This document shows positions 38,566-50,100 of a stretch of DNA of 64,000 nucleotides, piece after piece. The stretch covers positions 210,914 to 274,913 of the forward strand of contig CAVSCE010000011.1 in assembly GCA_963726375.1 (NCBI GenBank), in the 5' to 3' direction. Under the pieces are notes generated by a model. The model was not told the origin of the DNA. It made no database searches and worked only from the letters and a program-made list of their open reading frames with translations. Every line of letters starts with the position of its first letter. Positions within the stretch are counted from its first letter, which is position 1. The position numbers and the translations under genes were made by a program. The DNA is from an uncultured Chloroflexia bacterium. Lineage in GTDB: Bacteria > Chloroflexota > Anaerolineae > Anaerolineales > UBA4823.

Positions 38566-41255
38566 ATGCAAACCGGCGAATCCCGTCCTGATCCAGATCG
38601 ACTCCTGGAGCAAATCGAGCATGAAAATCTTCAGGCTCAGCGCGGCAGGCTGAAGATCTTTTTGGGCTACGCAGCCGGAGTTGGCAAGACCTTTGCGATG
38701 CTGGAAGCCGCTCACCAGCGCCAGGCGGAAGGCCTCGATGCCGTCGTGGGATATATTGAGACCCACGGGCGCGTGGAAACCGAAGCGATGCTGGCAGGGC
38801 TTGAGGTTCTGCCGCGCAAATTGATCACCTACCGCGATCGGGCGCTGTCAGAATTGGATACGGATGCAGTCATTGCACGCCGGCCGCAGCTGGTTCTGGT
38901 GGATGAGCTGGCTCATACGAATCTCCCTGGTTCCAGGCATTTAAAAAGGTTTCAAGACGTCGAAGAGATCCTGGACTCCGGGATCGACGTCTATACAACG
39001 CTGAATATCCAGCATCTGGAAAGCTTGAACAACGTCATCGCCCAAATTACGGGGATCACGGTTCGAGAAACGGTCCCAGACCGCATGATCGATGATGCTA
39101 CCGACATCGAGCTGATCGACCTGCCCCCCGACGAGCTGCTCATCCGTCTGAAAGATGGAAAAGTCTACATCCCCGAGCAGGCGGCCCGGGCAATCCAGCG
39201 CTTTTTTCGCAAAGGCAACCTGACCGCGCTGCGGGAGCTGTCCATGCGCCGGGCTGCCGAGCGCGTGGATGACCAGATGCGAGATTATATGCAGGTCGAG
39301 GCAATCCCCGGACCCTGGCCAGCGGGGGAGCGGCTGATGGTGTGCGTCAGCCCGAGCCCTATGTCTGAGCGCCTGGTGCGCTCCACCCGCCGCCTGGCTG
39401 ACGAATTGAATGCTGAATGGCTGGCGTTGTATGTTGAGCTGCCTGAGCATGCCAGGCTGTCGCAGGACCAGCGCAACCGCCTCGGTAAGACCTTGCTTCT
39501 GGTTGAGGAGCTGGGCGGGCGGTCCTATTCGCTGCCCGGCAGCTCGGTTGCCGAGACCGCCCTGAATTACGCCCAGATGAACAATATCACGAAGATCATC
39601 GTCGGAAAGCCGCTTCAAGCTCGCTGGCGCGATTTCTTTTTCGGCTCAGTGGTCGATGATCTTGTTCGGACCAGCGGGAAAATTGACGTGTATGTCATCA
39701 GCAGCGGAAGCGATGAAAAATTGCCTGCCCCTACAGGCCGGATAGCGGCACCCCCCATGGTTTGGAAGAATTATGGGATTGCGGTGCTGATCCTCTGCCT
39801 AGCCTATGTGGTCGGCAGATTATTTCGTCCTTATATTTCGCCGACGAACCTGGTGATGGTCTTTCTTCTGGCTGTGGTCGTTAGCGCAGTCTACCTTGGA
39901 CGCGGACCGTCTGTTCTGGTGTCTTTCCTGGGTGTCCTGGTTTTTGACTACTTCTTTGTGCCGCCGTTCTTGACTTTTGCAATCTCAGACACAGAATATA
40001 TCCTGACCTTCATCGGCTTGTTTGGAGTCGGACTGGTGATCAGCGAGCTGACCGCGCGTGTCCGTGACCGCGCCGATGTAGCTCAGCGCAGGGAGATGGA
40101 TACCGCCAGGCTGTATGCGCTCAGCCGTGATTTGTCTGTTGCTGAAGGGCTGGAAGAGATTGTTCAGTCAGTCATCGATCATATTGCAAAGACCTTCGCT
40201 CGGGTTTCAATCATTTTTCTGCCGGATGATAACAACCCAAAAAACCTGGTTCCCCATGGCATGAAGAAGGACCTTGATCTCGATCAAAATGAGCTGGCGG
40301 TGGCCGACTGGACTTTTCGGCACGGCCAGGCAGCAGGTCGGGGAACGGATACGCTCGCGGCGGCGGATACTCGCTTCATCCCTCTGAAAACCGCGAATGG
40401 TGTGATCGGCGTCATTGGGATTCGACCGGGAAATCCGGAAAATACCCTCACGCCTGATCAGCGCCGATTGCTTGAGACTTTCACCAGCCAGGCGGCGCTT
40501 GCAATTGAACATGCCCGCCTTGCCGAACAGGCGCACTTGACTCGCCTTCTGCAGGCAGCTGAAAAGCTGCAGACGGCTTTATTGAATTCGATCTCCCACG
40601 ACCTGCGCACACCGCTGGTATCGATCAAGGGCGCGCTCACGAGCCTGGCCGAGAGCGGACCGGCAATGAACGCCGAGATTCGTAGCGCTTGATTGAGACA
40701 GCTGTGGAAGAAACGGACCGGATGAACCGGCTGGTGGGCAATCTGTTAAATATGACACGCCTGGAGGCGGGGGCGATGCAGGTGGTCAAAAAACCTGGGG
40801 ACCTGCTGGATGCGATCGGGACTGCGCTGGAAAACCTGGGCGAAAGGTCGAAAGACCATTCGATAATGATTGATGTCCCCGATAACTTTGCGCTGGTCCC
40901 GATGGATTTTGTCTTGATCGTGCAGGTGCTGGTCAACCTGATCGACAATTCGCTGAAGTATTCCGCGCCGGGGACTCCCATCGACATTCGAGCGCATCAG
41001 GAGAACAGGATGGCGCAGGTTACCGTGAGCGACAGGGGAGTTGGCATCCCAGCAGGCGACTTGGAGCATATATTTGATAAATTCTATCGGGTTCAGCGCC
41101 CCGAGAACATCAGCGGGACAGGATTGGGTCTCTCGATCAGCAAAGGGATCGTCGAAGCCCATGGAGGCAGCATTTGGGCCGAAAACCAGGTTGGGGGCGG
41201 CGCCTCGATTGCTTTCACGCTGCCCCTGGAGGAAAACCAGGAGGCAAAGCAGTGA
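38566..41255 (+). CDS. kdpD: Sensor histidine kinase KdpD (full-length type), frameshift near 40685
   Basis: ORF 38515..40692 covers the KdpD N-domain (GYAAGVGKT), a Usp-like region, TM block, GAF and H-box SISHDLRTPL. ORF 40689..41255 covers the ATPase domain (N, G1 and G2 boxes: DNSLKYS, DRGVGI, GTGLGLS). Confidence 0.9.
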
Positions 41256-41944
41256 CCGAGATCGGGATGAGAGTCCTGGTTGTCGATGACGAGCGCGCCA
41301 TTCGAAAGTATCTGAACGCGGCGCTGAACGCCCAGGGGAGCGTGGTGATCGAAGCGATCGATGGTGAATCCGCGCTGCGAGCCGCTGCATTGGAACGGCC
41401 AGACGTGATCATCCTCGACCTGGGACTGCCCGATATCGATGGCGTTGAAATCACCCGAAGGATCCGAGAGTGGTCGCAGGTGCCGATCATCATCCTGTCC
41501 GTGCGCGAGCAGGAAAGCGATAAAATCGCTGCCCTCGATGCCGGGGCGGACGATTATCTGACCAAACCGTTTGGGACGGGCGAGCTGCTGGCGCGCATCC
41601 GGGCGGCCGTGCGGCGGACCAACCAGCCAGAGGACGAACCGGTCATCGAGACCGGCAGGCTGAGAGTCGATCTTGCCCGCCGGCGAGTGACCCTGGATCA
41701 GACCGAGGTTTCTCTGACCCCGATCGAATATGATATTATCCGGCTGCTGGCACAGAACATAGGCAGGGTGCTGACTCACAGGCAGCTGCTTCAGCAGGTA
41801 TGGGGAAGGACTTACGGGGACGACCTGCACCTGCTGCGCGTGAACATCAGCAATTTACGCCGAAAAATCGAAACCGACCCGGCGCGCCCGCAGTTTATCC
41901 TTACGGAAGCTGGAGTGGGTTATCGGCTGAGGTCGATTGAATAA
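41252..41944 (+). CDS. kdpE: OmpR-family response regulator KdpE
   Basis: The GTG overlaps the kdpD stop (GTGA); an alternative ATG is at 41267. Has MRVLVVDDE, DLGLPD, KPF and a winged-helix C-terminus (LRVNISNLRRKIE). Confidence 0.9.
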   Translation: MTEIGMRVLVVDDERAIRKYLNAALNAQGSVVIEAIDGESALRAAALERPDVIILDLGLPDIDGVEITRRIREWSQVPIIILSVREQESDKIAALDAGADDYLTKPFGTGELLARIRAAVRRTNQPEDEPVIETGRLRVDLARRRVTLDQTEVSLTPIEYDIIRLLAQNIGRVLTHRQLLQQVWGRTYGDDLHLLRVNISNLRRKIETDPARPQFILTEAGVGYRLRSIE

Positions 41945-42202
41945 ACCGGCCAAATCATCCAGCTTTTTCTGTTCAATTTAGCTGTCACACATTTTATGGG
42001 GTGAACTGAAAAGCCCGAAATCGTCTATTTTTTTTACTCAGTGGATGTATGGCAAGAGAATATATTGATAGTCCACCTGTCCATTTTGGCGCTCGCTGTT
42101 TTCGTCCCCGGGCAGGTAAGCTCGCACGAACCAGGTGTTATCCTGATTCGAAGTCCGGTCGTAAATTATAGCTTGCTTCGCAAGGTTGAAGAGAATGCGA
42201 AA

Positions 42203-42231
42203 CCTCCATCAACATTCGATGGAGGTCTTTT
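42203..42231 (+). terminator. Intrinsic terminator, plus-strand orientation
   Basis: CCTCCATC-AACATTC-GATGGAGG followed by TCTTTTT. It lies ~260 nt downstream of kdpE and abuts the 3' end of the tRNA on the other strand. Confidence 0.6.
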
Positions 42232-42309
<78 letters not shown>

Positions 42310-42365
42310 TTTTTCCGTACGCCGCATTATAACCGAGTTAAAGCTTCATTGCAAGGAAAAACGAT

Positions 42366-43608
42366 TTACGTGACAAAGACGCAAAGATCGCCAGGAGTAC
42401 AGATCATAGTATTCTTTGCGTTCTTCGCCTTTCGCGTTTGTTCTTTAAATCCAGGGTTCCCCGTTCCTCTGCCCCACAGCCCGTAGCCGGCTTCGCGGCG
42501 GGCTTCGCGGCGGGCATGCTGCTCGAGGATCTCCAGCACATGTTCAGCTTTCTCTTGCGCGGCGGCTTCCAGCCAGAGCCGGCCCTTTTCGGCCGTCCCG
42601 AGGCTGCCCGCGCCGTATGCGCCGGTCTTGCTGTCGTCGTCCCAGGGTGGGTTGGCGATCAGCGCCCCACCTTCGACCCAATCCATATAGTAGTTCGGGG
42701 TAGAGACGAAATCCGTCTCGTCGACGACCTTCTCCATGTGCACCAGCTCCGGCCGCAGGTGCAGGATCAGCGAGGTCTCCAGCTCGCAAGCATGCCCCAA
42801 CCCCCCAATAGAAGATGAACGGATCCTTTGGATCGCCTCGCCCCCGCTTTCGCCGGAGAGATAAAGGAACGCCGTGGCGATAAAAGCCCTGCGGTGCCGC
42901 TCCCCGGCATACTTGATCACGTTGACCAGGAAGGAATGGTTCCCGCCGTGGCCGTTGATGAAGTAGAGCGTCCTGAAACCGCGCTCGACCAGCGTGTCGG
43001 CGACCGCCAGGAAGAAATCTTCGAATGCCCGCCCGCCGCAGCTCAGCGTCCCGGCGAAGGATGGGCGGTGAGTGCTGACGCCGTATGGGAAGACCGGCAT
43101 GGACCAGGCGTGCTCCGGATCCATCAGCGGACGCCGCTTCGGCGACTGCCGAGATGATCAGCGTGTCGGTGCTCATCGGCAGGTGGTAGGCGTGCTGCTC
43201 GGTGTGGCCGACCGGGATCAGGATCACTTTATCCCGAACCGAGTTCGGGGGAAGCGCCTGCGGGGCGGCATGCTGGCTGGGGTGGACCAGGGCGATCCCC
43301 GCTGAGCCGAGCTCGAGCTGCGCGTCCTGCGGCGTAAGTATGAAGACGTTGCTAAAACCATCGTCGCGCAGGCTTTCGACCAGGTTGAGCAGCAGCGTCC
43401 GCAGCTTTTCCCGCGGGACCGCCAGACCGCTGCCTGCCCAGCCGTATGGAATGGGCGGGAGCAGCCCGGCCTGGATTGGGCTGCCCAGGGCGCTGGCAAG
43501 CCGCTCCTGGTTATATCCCTGCCCAAGCGGGATCACCAGGGGAGTATGGCGCGGCAATTCGTCGACTTCGGGGAACGTGATGTTCTCATATTGAAAAAAT
43601 TTGGTCAT
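42366..43608 (-). CDS. Creatininase-fold amidohydrolase with a degenerate N-terminal duplicate of the same fold, frameshift near 43120
   Basis: ORF 42544..43656 (from MTKFFQYE) makes sense to ..ISAVAEAASA. ORF 42366..43124 continues MDPEHAWSMPVFPYGVSTH..INGHGGN..GHACELETS. The last ~30 codons run into repeat element A. Confidence 0.7.
42411..42450. repeat. Short pyrimidine/G periodic element (TTCTTTGCG/TTCTTCGCC/TTTCGCG), copy A
   Basis: ATTCTTTGCGTTCTTCGCCTTTCGCGTTTGTTCTTTAAAT. Its left end pairs with ACGCAAAGA at 42379..42387. It resembles copy B and the kdp-upstream segment 33320..33345. Confidence 0.4.
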
Positions 43609-43664
43609 CGTGAACCCGTTGAAACCATAAAAGCTAGAATGTTCAATCGTTAACATTGAGCGCT

Positions 43665-44314
43665 TTAAAGACGGCTCAGCAGCTGCGCCTTTTTCTCCTG
43701 GAACTCTTCGTCCGTCAGCAGCCCCTGCTGGCGCAGCATGTCCAGCTGCTTGATCAGGTCCGGCAGGCTGGGCGTTCCCCCGGCGACGGCGATGTCGCCA
43801 AAGGAGAAGCCCTCGCCGCTCTCCAGCTTCTCCTTGGCGTTGAGCATCGCGGTCTTGAACTCGACCGGGTGGTCGATGCGCTTGAACAGGTTGACGCCCA
43901 GCTCGCTGGCGGTCAGGATCTCGATGTCGCCATAGTCAAAAATTCGCCCGAACGCGGTCTGCATCAGCTTTACATCGTTAACCTTTTCAAGCGATGTGTC
44001 GGTCACAAGCTTGTCCAGCACGCCAGAGAGCTGGATCACCCGCCGGTTGGTAAGGACGTACATGTGGTTCGTGTAGCTCAGGATATCTCGAATGGCGGTC
44101 ACGATCGGGATCAGGATCAGCGCGAAGCCAACTGCGACGATGATCAATGCGTACTGCGGGAGGAAAATCGCCGTGGTTACCGTCGCGGCCAGAAAAACAG
44201 GATCAAGATGATCTCGGTCAGGATCGAGCTGATCAGCAGGAACCAATGCTGGCGGGCGGTGTGAATAATTTTTTCGCGCTCAGCCAGCATGCTTTCAAGA
44301 TAGGACTTCGACAT
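43665..44314 (-). CDS. Membrane bPH (YdbS/DUF304-like) domain protein with a C-terminal SHOCT domain, frameshift near 44195
   Basis: My own translation from ATG 44314 gives MSKSYLESMLAEREKIIHTARQHWFLLISSILTEIILILFF. ORF 43665..44246 continues ..YVLTNRRVIQLSG.. and ends LKQLDMLRQQGLLTDEEFQEKKAQLL (SHOCT). Confidence 0.65.
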
Positions 44315-44472
44315 AGCAGCCGCCTCCAATTCATTTATCGAGTGGATCCGAGGGACGATTCATCATTAAACTGAATCTTCTGGGACTATATCAAACCAGG
44401 ACGTATTCGTCAAGCTGAGTGTAAAAAACTCCGGATCAAAAAACCTGGACGCAGATGGAACAAAATGCAAGA

Positions 44473-44488
44473 AGACCAGCGCTGGTCT
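44473..44488 (-). terminator. Palindromic hairpin plus T-rich tail downstream of the MFS gene
   Basis: AGACCAGCGCTGGTCT is a 16-bp perfect palindrome. On the minus strand it is followed by TCTTGCATTTTG. It lies ~75 nt after the MFS stop. Confidence 0.5.
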
Positions 44489-44504
44489 CTATAAAGAAGA
44501 AACC

Positions 44505-44543
44505 TTATTGTGCTTTGTGCTCTTCGTGTCCTTCGCGGTTCGA
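44505..44543. repeat. Short pyrimidine/G periodic element, copy B
   Basis: TTATTGTGCTTTGTGCTCTTCGTGTCCTTCGCGGTTCG. It has the same 7-9-nt YTTYGYG periodicity as copy A. Confidence 0.4.
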
Positions 44544-44563
44544 TCTCTCATATTGGACAAAAA

Positions 44564-45841
44564 CTAACCGGCGATTTCAGCAAAGTTTTCTTCAGTATGG
44601 ACCGCACCCTGATCAGCGATGAAAAAATGGAAAATCCCGGCCGCAGCCAGCCCGCCCAGCGCGCTCACAAAGAAGGTCAGCTGGTAGCCGTAAGCCTGGG
44701 CCAGCCAACCCCCGATAAAAGGAGCCAGGATATTTGCCGGGGCAATCAGCGTGTTTGCCATTCCAACGTAAGCAGGGCGCTCGGCTTCGCTGCCGTACTC
44801 CAGCGTCATCGAGAGCGCAACCGTCCAGATCGCGACGTTCCCAACCCCGGCCAGGATAAAGACCAGGAAGAACCAGATCTTGGTCGGCGCCCACCACGCC
44901 AGCAGCGCGCTGGCCGAGATCGAGAGCAGCCCGGCGATCATCACGTTGCGGTGTCCGATCCGGTCTCCCAGCCAGCCCATGGTCACGTTCGCGGCCACGT
45001 TGGTGCCCATCAGCACGCCGGTCATCCAGCCGATCTGGGTCTCGCTCACCCCGAGCCGGCTGACGGCATAGACCGTGTAGAAGGCGTAGCCGATCAACGC
45101 AAGCTGAGAGATCAGCCGCCCGAATATGAACCGGCGGAAATTCTGGTCGCGGCGCAGGATCGTCCGCAAGCTGGACATCATGTCCACCTGGGTGGCTGCC
45201 AGCTCCGCTTCAGGCCGCGGGCTTGCCGGCTCGCGGGTCATCGCCAACAGGATCCATCCGACGACCATCAGCGCGCTGCAGATCAGAAAATCAATCCCAA
45301 ATCCTTTTGTGCCGGTATTCCGGGAAAGGATCACCCCGGCGAACACCGCCGCGACGCTGCCGAGCAGGTTCGCCGCCGCGGCCTGGACTCCAAAAAAGCT
45401 GCCGCGCTGCCCGGACGGGATGATCTTGCCGATCATGTTCTGCCAGGGGTTGGCGGTCAGCCCCGCGCCCAGACCCTGCACGATCAGCAGGCAAAATGTG
45501 GCTACCAGGCCGGCAGGGATCCCGATCCATGGGATCAGGAACGCGATCACCGCCAGACCCAGGAACGGGAAGCGCTCGAGCAGCGTGAGCGAGATGACCG
45601 CCGGCTTAAAGCGCGGCAGGCGGGAGATCCATCGGGCGGTGAAAAGCTGCGGCAGCTGCCATCCGGCCGAGTGAATCGCCGGGACCAACCCAATCAGGAT
45701 GGGCGAATCGGTCATCGTGCTGACGAACAGCGGCAAGATCGTGACGAACGAGGCGAAGCCCATCGCAAAGCCGAAAAATGCGCCTTCGAGGATGTTCACG
45801 GTCATGTTGTGGCGGAGGTTCGTCTGCAGGTCAGCGTTCAT
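44564..45841 (-). CDS. MFS transporter
   Basis: ORF 44564..45913. I prefer the internal start MNADLQTNLRHNMTV (45841). There are 12 predicted hydrophobic segments with typical MFS loops. Confidence 0.8.
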   Translation of the reverse strand: MNADLQTNLRHNMTVNILEGAFFGFAMGFASFVTILPLFVSTMTDSPILIGLVPAIHSAGWQLPQLFTARWISRLPRFKPAVISLTLLERFPFLGLAVIAFLIPWIGIPAGLVATFCLLIVQGLGAGLTANPWQNMIGKIIPSGQRGSFFGVQAAAANLLGSVAAVFAGVILSRNTGTKGFGIDFLICSALMVVGWILLAMTREPASPRPEAELAATQVDMMSSLRTILRRDQNFRRFIFGRLISQLALIGYAFYTVYAVSRLGVSETQIGWMTGVLMGTNVAANVTMGWLGDRIGHRNVMIAGLLSISASALLAWWAPTKIWFFLVFILAGVGNVAIWTVALSMTLEYGSEAERPAYVGMANTLIAPANILAPFIGGWLAQAYGYQLTFFVSALGGLAAAGIFHFFIADQGAVHTEENFAEIAG

Positions 45842-47144
45842 GGCTCGTTCCGGTTTTCTTTTGAAGACGGACCAACCGGTGCTGCAGCTCTTCGGTGAGC
45901 TGGCGTTTTTCAAAAATGCCAGCAGGGTGATTATCCGAGCCAGTCAGGGCGCCGGTCTCGATCTGCTCGAGCGCGGATTCGGTCCAGGATATTGCCAGGC
46001 GAATGTCTTTGAGCTGGTGCTCGTAATATTTGGCCAGCTCGATATGCGATTCCAGGTGGTGGTGATCGGCGGCCTGCCGCCAGAGCTGGAGCGCAGGTTC
46101 CCAGTCGTTCTGGCGTTTGCGGAGCGCTGCCAGCCGTGCGATCGCCTGCAGCAGCAGCGCTTCGGGGAATTGTTCGCTGTGGAGGTCCTCGTGGTCCAAC
46201 CCGTGGATGTAGAGCTGGGCTGCCCGGTCCAGCTCTCCCAGGTCTTCGAAGAGCTTCGCTAATGCGATCAGGTCGATCCCAAATCGGCTGCCGAGGGAGA
46301 CCGGCTCAGCGAGCAGCCATGCCATGTGGTCCAGCAAGCCGGTCAAAGAGAGCACGTCCATCGCGTTATGATACAGGACGTTCTTCAGCGGCTCGGGGTC
46401 GCCGCTGCGCAGGAAGTCGAAATAGATCTGCGGGATCATCCAGCCGGGGATGTCCTGCTCGCTGCGGAGTGCGCCGAGCACCTGGACCTCCAGGTTGACC
46501 AGAGTCCGGCTTGGGATCCGGTCGCGCCAGAGCCGGCGGGCCAGGTGGAGCAGGTCGATATGGGCCAGGTCCTTCAGCGGCGAGCGCAGGCCCTGGAAGG
46601 TGAACCGCGTCTGCAGCAGCGGGACGTCGAAAGTCTTACCGTTGAAGGTCGCAATCGCCTGGCAGGGCGCCAGGAAGGCTTCGAAAGCAGCCAGCTGGGC
46701 CGGTTCCTCGCCGGGGTCACGCAGAAAGAACTGCTGCAGGACAAATTCTTCTCCGCAAAAGCGGCCTATGCCGATCAAGAACGCATACGTCCCGGTCCCG
46801 CCAGAAAGGCCGGTCGTTTCGGTGTCCATGAATGCGATCGCTTCCGGCGGCAGGCTGCGGATTCGCTCGTCACCCGCCCATTGCGCCAGCACGTCCAGCG
46901 GAGCATCCACCCGCAGCGCCGAAGCCCCGTGCGGCTCTCCCAGCGCAAAGCGCCGCTCGACCACGAACGCTTCGCCCTGCGGGGTCTGGATTCGCTCGCC
47001 GCCCAGGACCTCTTCCAACCGCTGCGGCTGGCTGGGAGGCTGGACAGGTTTGATGTCCTGGGCGCCGACTTTAACGCCGAGGGCTTTCAGTCTTTCTGAA
47101 ATGGACGACGGCATGCTGGAATGGCCTGTGGGTTGACTTTTCAA
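45831..47144 (-). CDS. RNase-H-fold (YprB-like 3'-5' exonuclease) domain protein with a TPR-like C-terminus
   Basis: Intact 437-aa ORF with FMDTETTGLSGGTGTYAFLIGIG, ..TFNGKTFDVPLL.. and ..YHNAMDVLSL... Confidence 0.7.
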   Translation of the reverse strand: MKSQPTGHSSMPSSISERLKALGVKVGAQDIKPVQPPSQPQRLEEVLGGERIQTPQGEAFVVERRFALGEPHGASALRVDAPLDVLAQWAGDERIRSLPPEAIAFMDTETTGLSGGTGTYAFLIGIGRFCGEEFVLQQFFLRDPGEEPAQLAAFEAFLAPCQAIATFNGKTFDVPLLQTRFTFQGLRSPLKDLAHIDLLHLARRLWRDRIPSRTLVNLEVQVLGALRSEQDIPGWMIPQIYFDFLRSGDPEPLKNVLYHNAMDVLSLTGLLDHMAWLLAEPVSLGSRFGIDLIALAKLFEDLGELDRAAQLYIHGLDHEDLHSEQFPEALLLQAIARLAALRKRQNDWEPALQLWRQAADHHHLESHIELAKYYEHQLKDIRLAISWTESALEQIETGALTGSDNHPAGIFEKRQLTEELQHRLVRLQKKTGTSHER

Positions 47145-47196
47145 TCTTTCGGTGCTATTGTATCACCCTACATCGAAGACGATCGGGAGAGAAACG

Positions 47197-50100
47197 ATGA
47201 TGCGGAAAGCCCTGTTTCGACTGTTCTCACTGCTGGCGCTGGTAGTATTTCTAGGTAATTTGACCCCGCTGCAACCTGGATTGGCGTCATCCGGCGGCTC
47301 ACAGCCCAGCCAGGTTTCCATGCTGACCCCGCTGGTCGTTCCGGCTTCCCGCTACGATGTCTCGCCTGATCTGCGCACTTTGAGACCGGTCCAATCCGCA
47401 GCGAGCAGCGAGGCGTTATTCCCGCCTGAAATCCCAAACCCTGTGCTGCCAAAGGCGCTCAGAGGCCGTTCGGATAAGGAGCTGGGGCTGCTCGCACCCG
47501 GAGAACCTGCGCTGCTGAGCGAGATGCCCGCGCCGGTATTCAACTTTGACGGCATCAGCAACATGTTCGGCGGTTGGCCGCCTGACACCCAGGGCGATAT
47601 CGGCTCGAATCATTACATCCAGTGGATCAACCTGCATTTTGCGATCTGGGAGATCGACCGGTCAAGCCTGACCGCAGAGATTGTCTACGGTCCGGTCCCG
47701 GGAAACACCCTTTTCCAGGGATTTGGCGGTCCCTGCCAGAACACCAATCACGGTGATCCCATCACGCTCTACGACCCATTCGCCGACCGCTGGCTGATGA
47801 GCCAATTTGCGCTGCCCAACTACCCGAACGGCCCGTTCTACCAGTGCGTGGCGGTCTCGTCCAGCTCTGATCCGCTTGGGGGATGGTACCGCTACGAGTA
47901 CCCGATGCCGACCAACAAGATGAACGATTACCCGAAATTTGGGGTCTGGCCGGATGCCTACTTTATGACCGTAAACCAGTACAACAGCGGGACGCTAGGC
48001 TGGGGAGGCGCGGCTGCTGCGGCGTTCGACCGGGCTGCAATGCTCTCCGGAAACCAGGCGGTGATGGTGTTTTTTGACCTCTACAACGTGAATCCGGACT
48101 ACGGTGGGCTGCTGCCGGCCGATTTTGACGGCCTCAATACCCCTCCGGACGGCGCGCCGGGGTATTTTGCCTCCTGGGATGACGGCAGCTGGATCGGCCC
48201 GCAGGATGCGGTCCGGATCTGGGAATTCATCGTCGATTGGACAGACCCCGGGGCTGCCTCATTTGGCCTGGACGGTAATCCGAACTGGGTGCTCCCTACC
48301 GCTAACGTCGATCCATCGATGTGTTTTATGATGCGAAATTGCATCCCTCAGCCCAACACAACCAACAAGCTTGACGCGATCTCCGACCGGCTGATGTACC
48401 GGCTGCAGTACCGTAATTTTGGCGGCTATGCCGCGCTGGTCTCCAACCATACCGTGGATTCGGATGGGCTCGACCACGCCGGGATCCACTGGTTCGAGCT
48501 GCGCCGCCCTGCACTGGAAGGCAATTGGAGCCTCTACCAGGAAGGAGTCTTTGCCCCGGATGCACACCACCGCTGGATGGGCAGCGCCGCTCTGGATCAT
48601 ATCGGCGACCTGGCGCTCGGCTACAGCCTCTCGAGCGCTTCGGTCTACCCATCCGTCCGTTACACCGGCCGGATAACCGGCGATCCGCTCGGGACGCTTC
48701 CGCAGGGCGAGAAGGAGATTGTGGCCGGCAGCGGTTCGCAGACCAGCTCCAACCGCTGGGGCGATTACAGCATGCTTGGGATCGATCCGGTCGACGACTG
48801 CACCTTCTGGTACACCCAGCAGTACGTCCAGGTCAGCGGTTACAACTCCTGGAAGACCCGGATCGGAGCGTTTCGATTCCCGGGCTGCACGATTGGTCCG
48901 CAGGGTGAGCTGGTCGGGGTGATCAGAGAAGCCGTGACGGGCGAGCCAATCCAGGGCGCCCAAATTATGATCGCCCAGAGCATCACTCAGACGCTGAGCA
49001 CCCGCTCGAATCCAGCGGGTGAATACCTGTTTGTTGCCCCGACCGGCGTGTATTCGATGACGGTCACTGCATTTGGCTATTATCCGCAGTTTCTGACCGG
49101 TGTGGAAGTCGTCGCGGCTGAGGTCACGGTTCAGGATTTCGCGCTGTCTCGCTCACCCACGCATCAGGTCACCGGAAAGGTTCGCGATGCCGCGACCGGC
49201 TGGCCGCTTTACGCCCGGATCACCGCAGTAGGGGCGGATACGCCGCCGGTCTGGTCCGACCCGGTCAGCGGGTTTTACAGCATGGAGCTTCCAGAAGGCA
49301 ACCCTTACACTCTGCTGCGTGGACGCATTCATAGAAGGTTATCTCCCGGGATCAACCCAGGTCAATGAAGTGACGCAAGACATGAGCCTGGATTTCGATT
49401 TGGAAGTGGACCCAACCACCTGCAGCGCGCCTGGCTACGAGGCGACCATCATCGGGTCCTTCCAATCGGACTTTGAAGCCGATGACGGCGGGCTGACGAC
49501 CGAAGGGACGACCTCCTGGGAGTGGGGAGCGATCGTCAGCGGGCCGATGACTGCCCACTCCGGCGTCAACGGCTGGGCTACCAACCTGGAGGATATTTAC
49601 AGCAACAATGAGAGTGGTTATCTAAACTTGCCTGCGCTTGACCTGAGCGGCTATCCTGGTGAGCGGCCGGCAATTGCCTGGTGGCAGTGGCTCGAGACCG
49701 AATCGCGCTACGATTATGCCAGCATCGAGGCGAGCAAGGACGGCGGGAGCACGTGGCAGGCGGTTTACGGCCCCTTCAGCGGAGAAGTGGACAAGAACTG
49801 GGCCTCGCATTACCTCACCCTGGATCCGGAGTTTCCTGGTTTCCAATCTGCTGCTCCGCTTTCGCTTTACCTCAGACAGCTCAGTAGCAAAACCTGGCTG
49901 GTATCTCGACGACTTGTCGGCCGGGATCGGAAAATGCCTGCCCCAAGCCGGGCGGTCTCGTGACCGGCCGCGTGCTGGACGCCAACACCTTTGATGGTCT
50001 GAACGGAGCAAGCCTGCTGGACGACCTTGGCGGGGAGCACCTGACGGTCGCCACGCCGGAGGATCCCTCGCTTGGCGGCGGCTATTATGTGATGTTTGCC

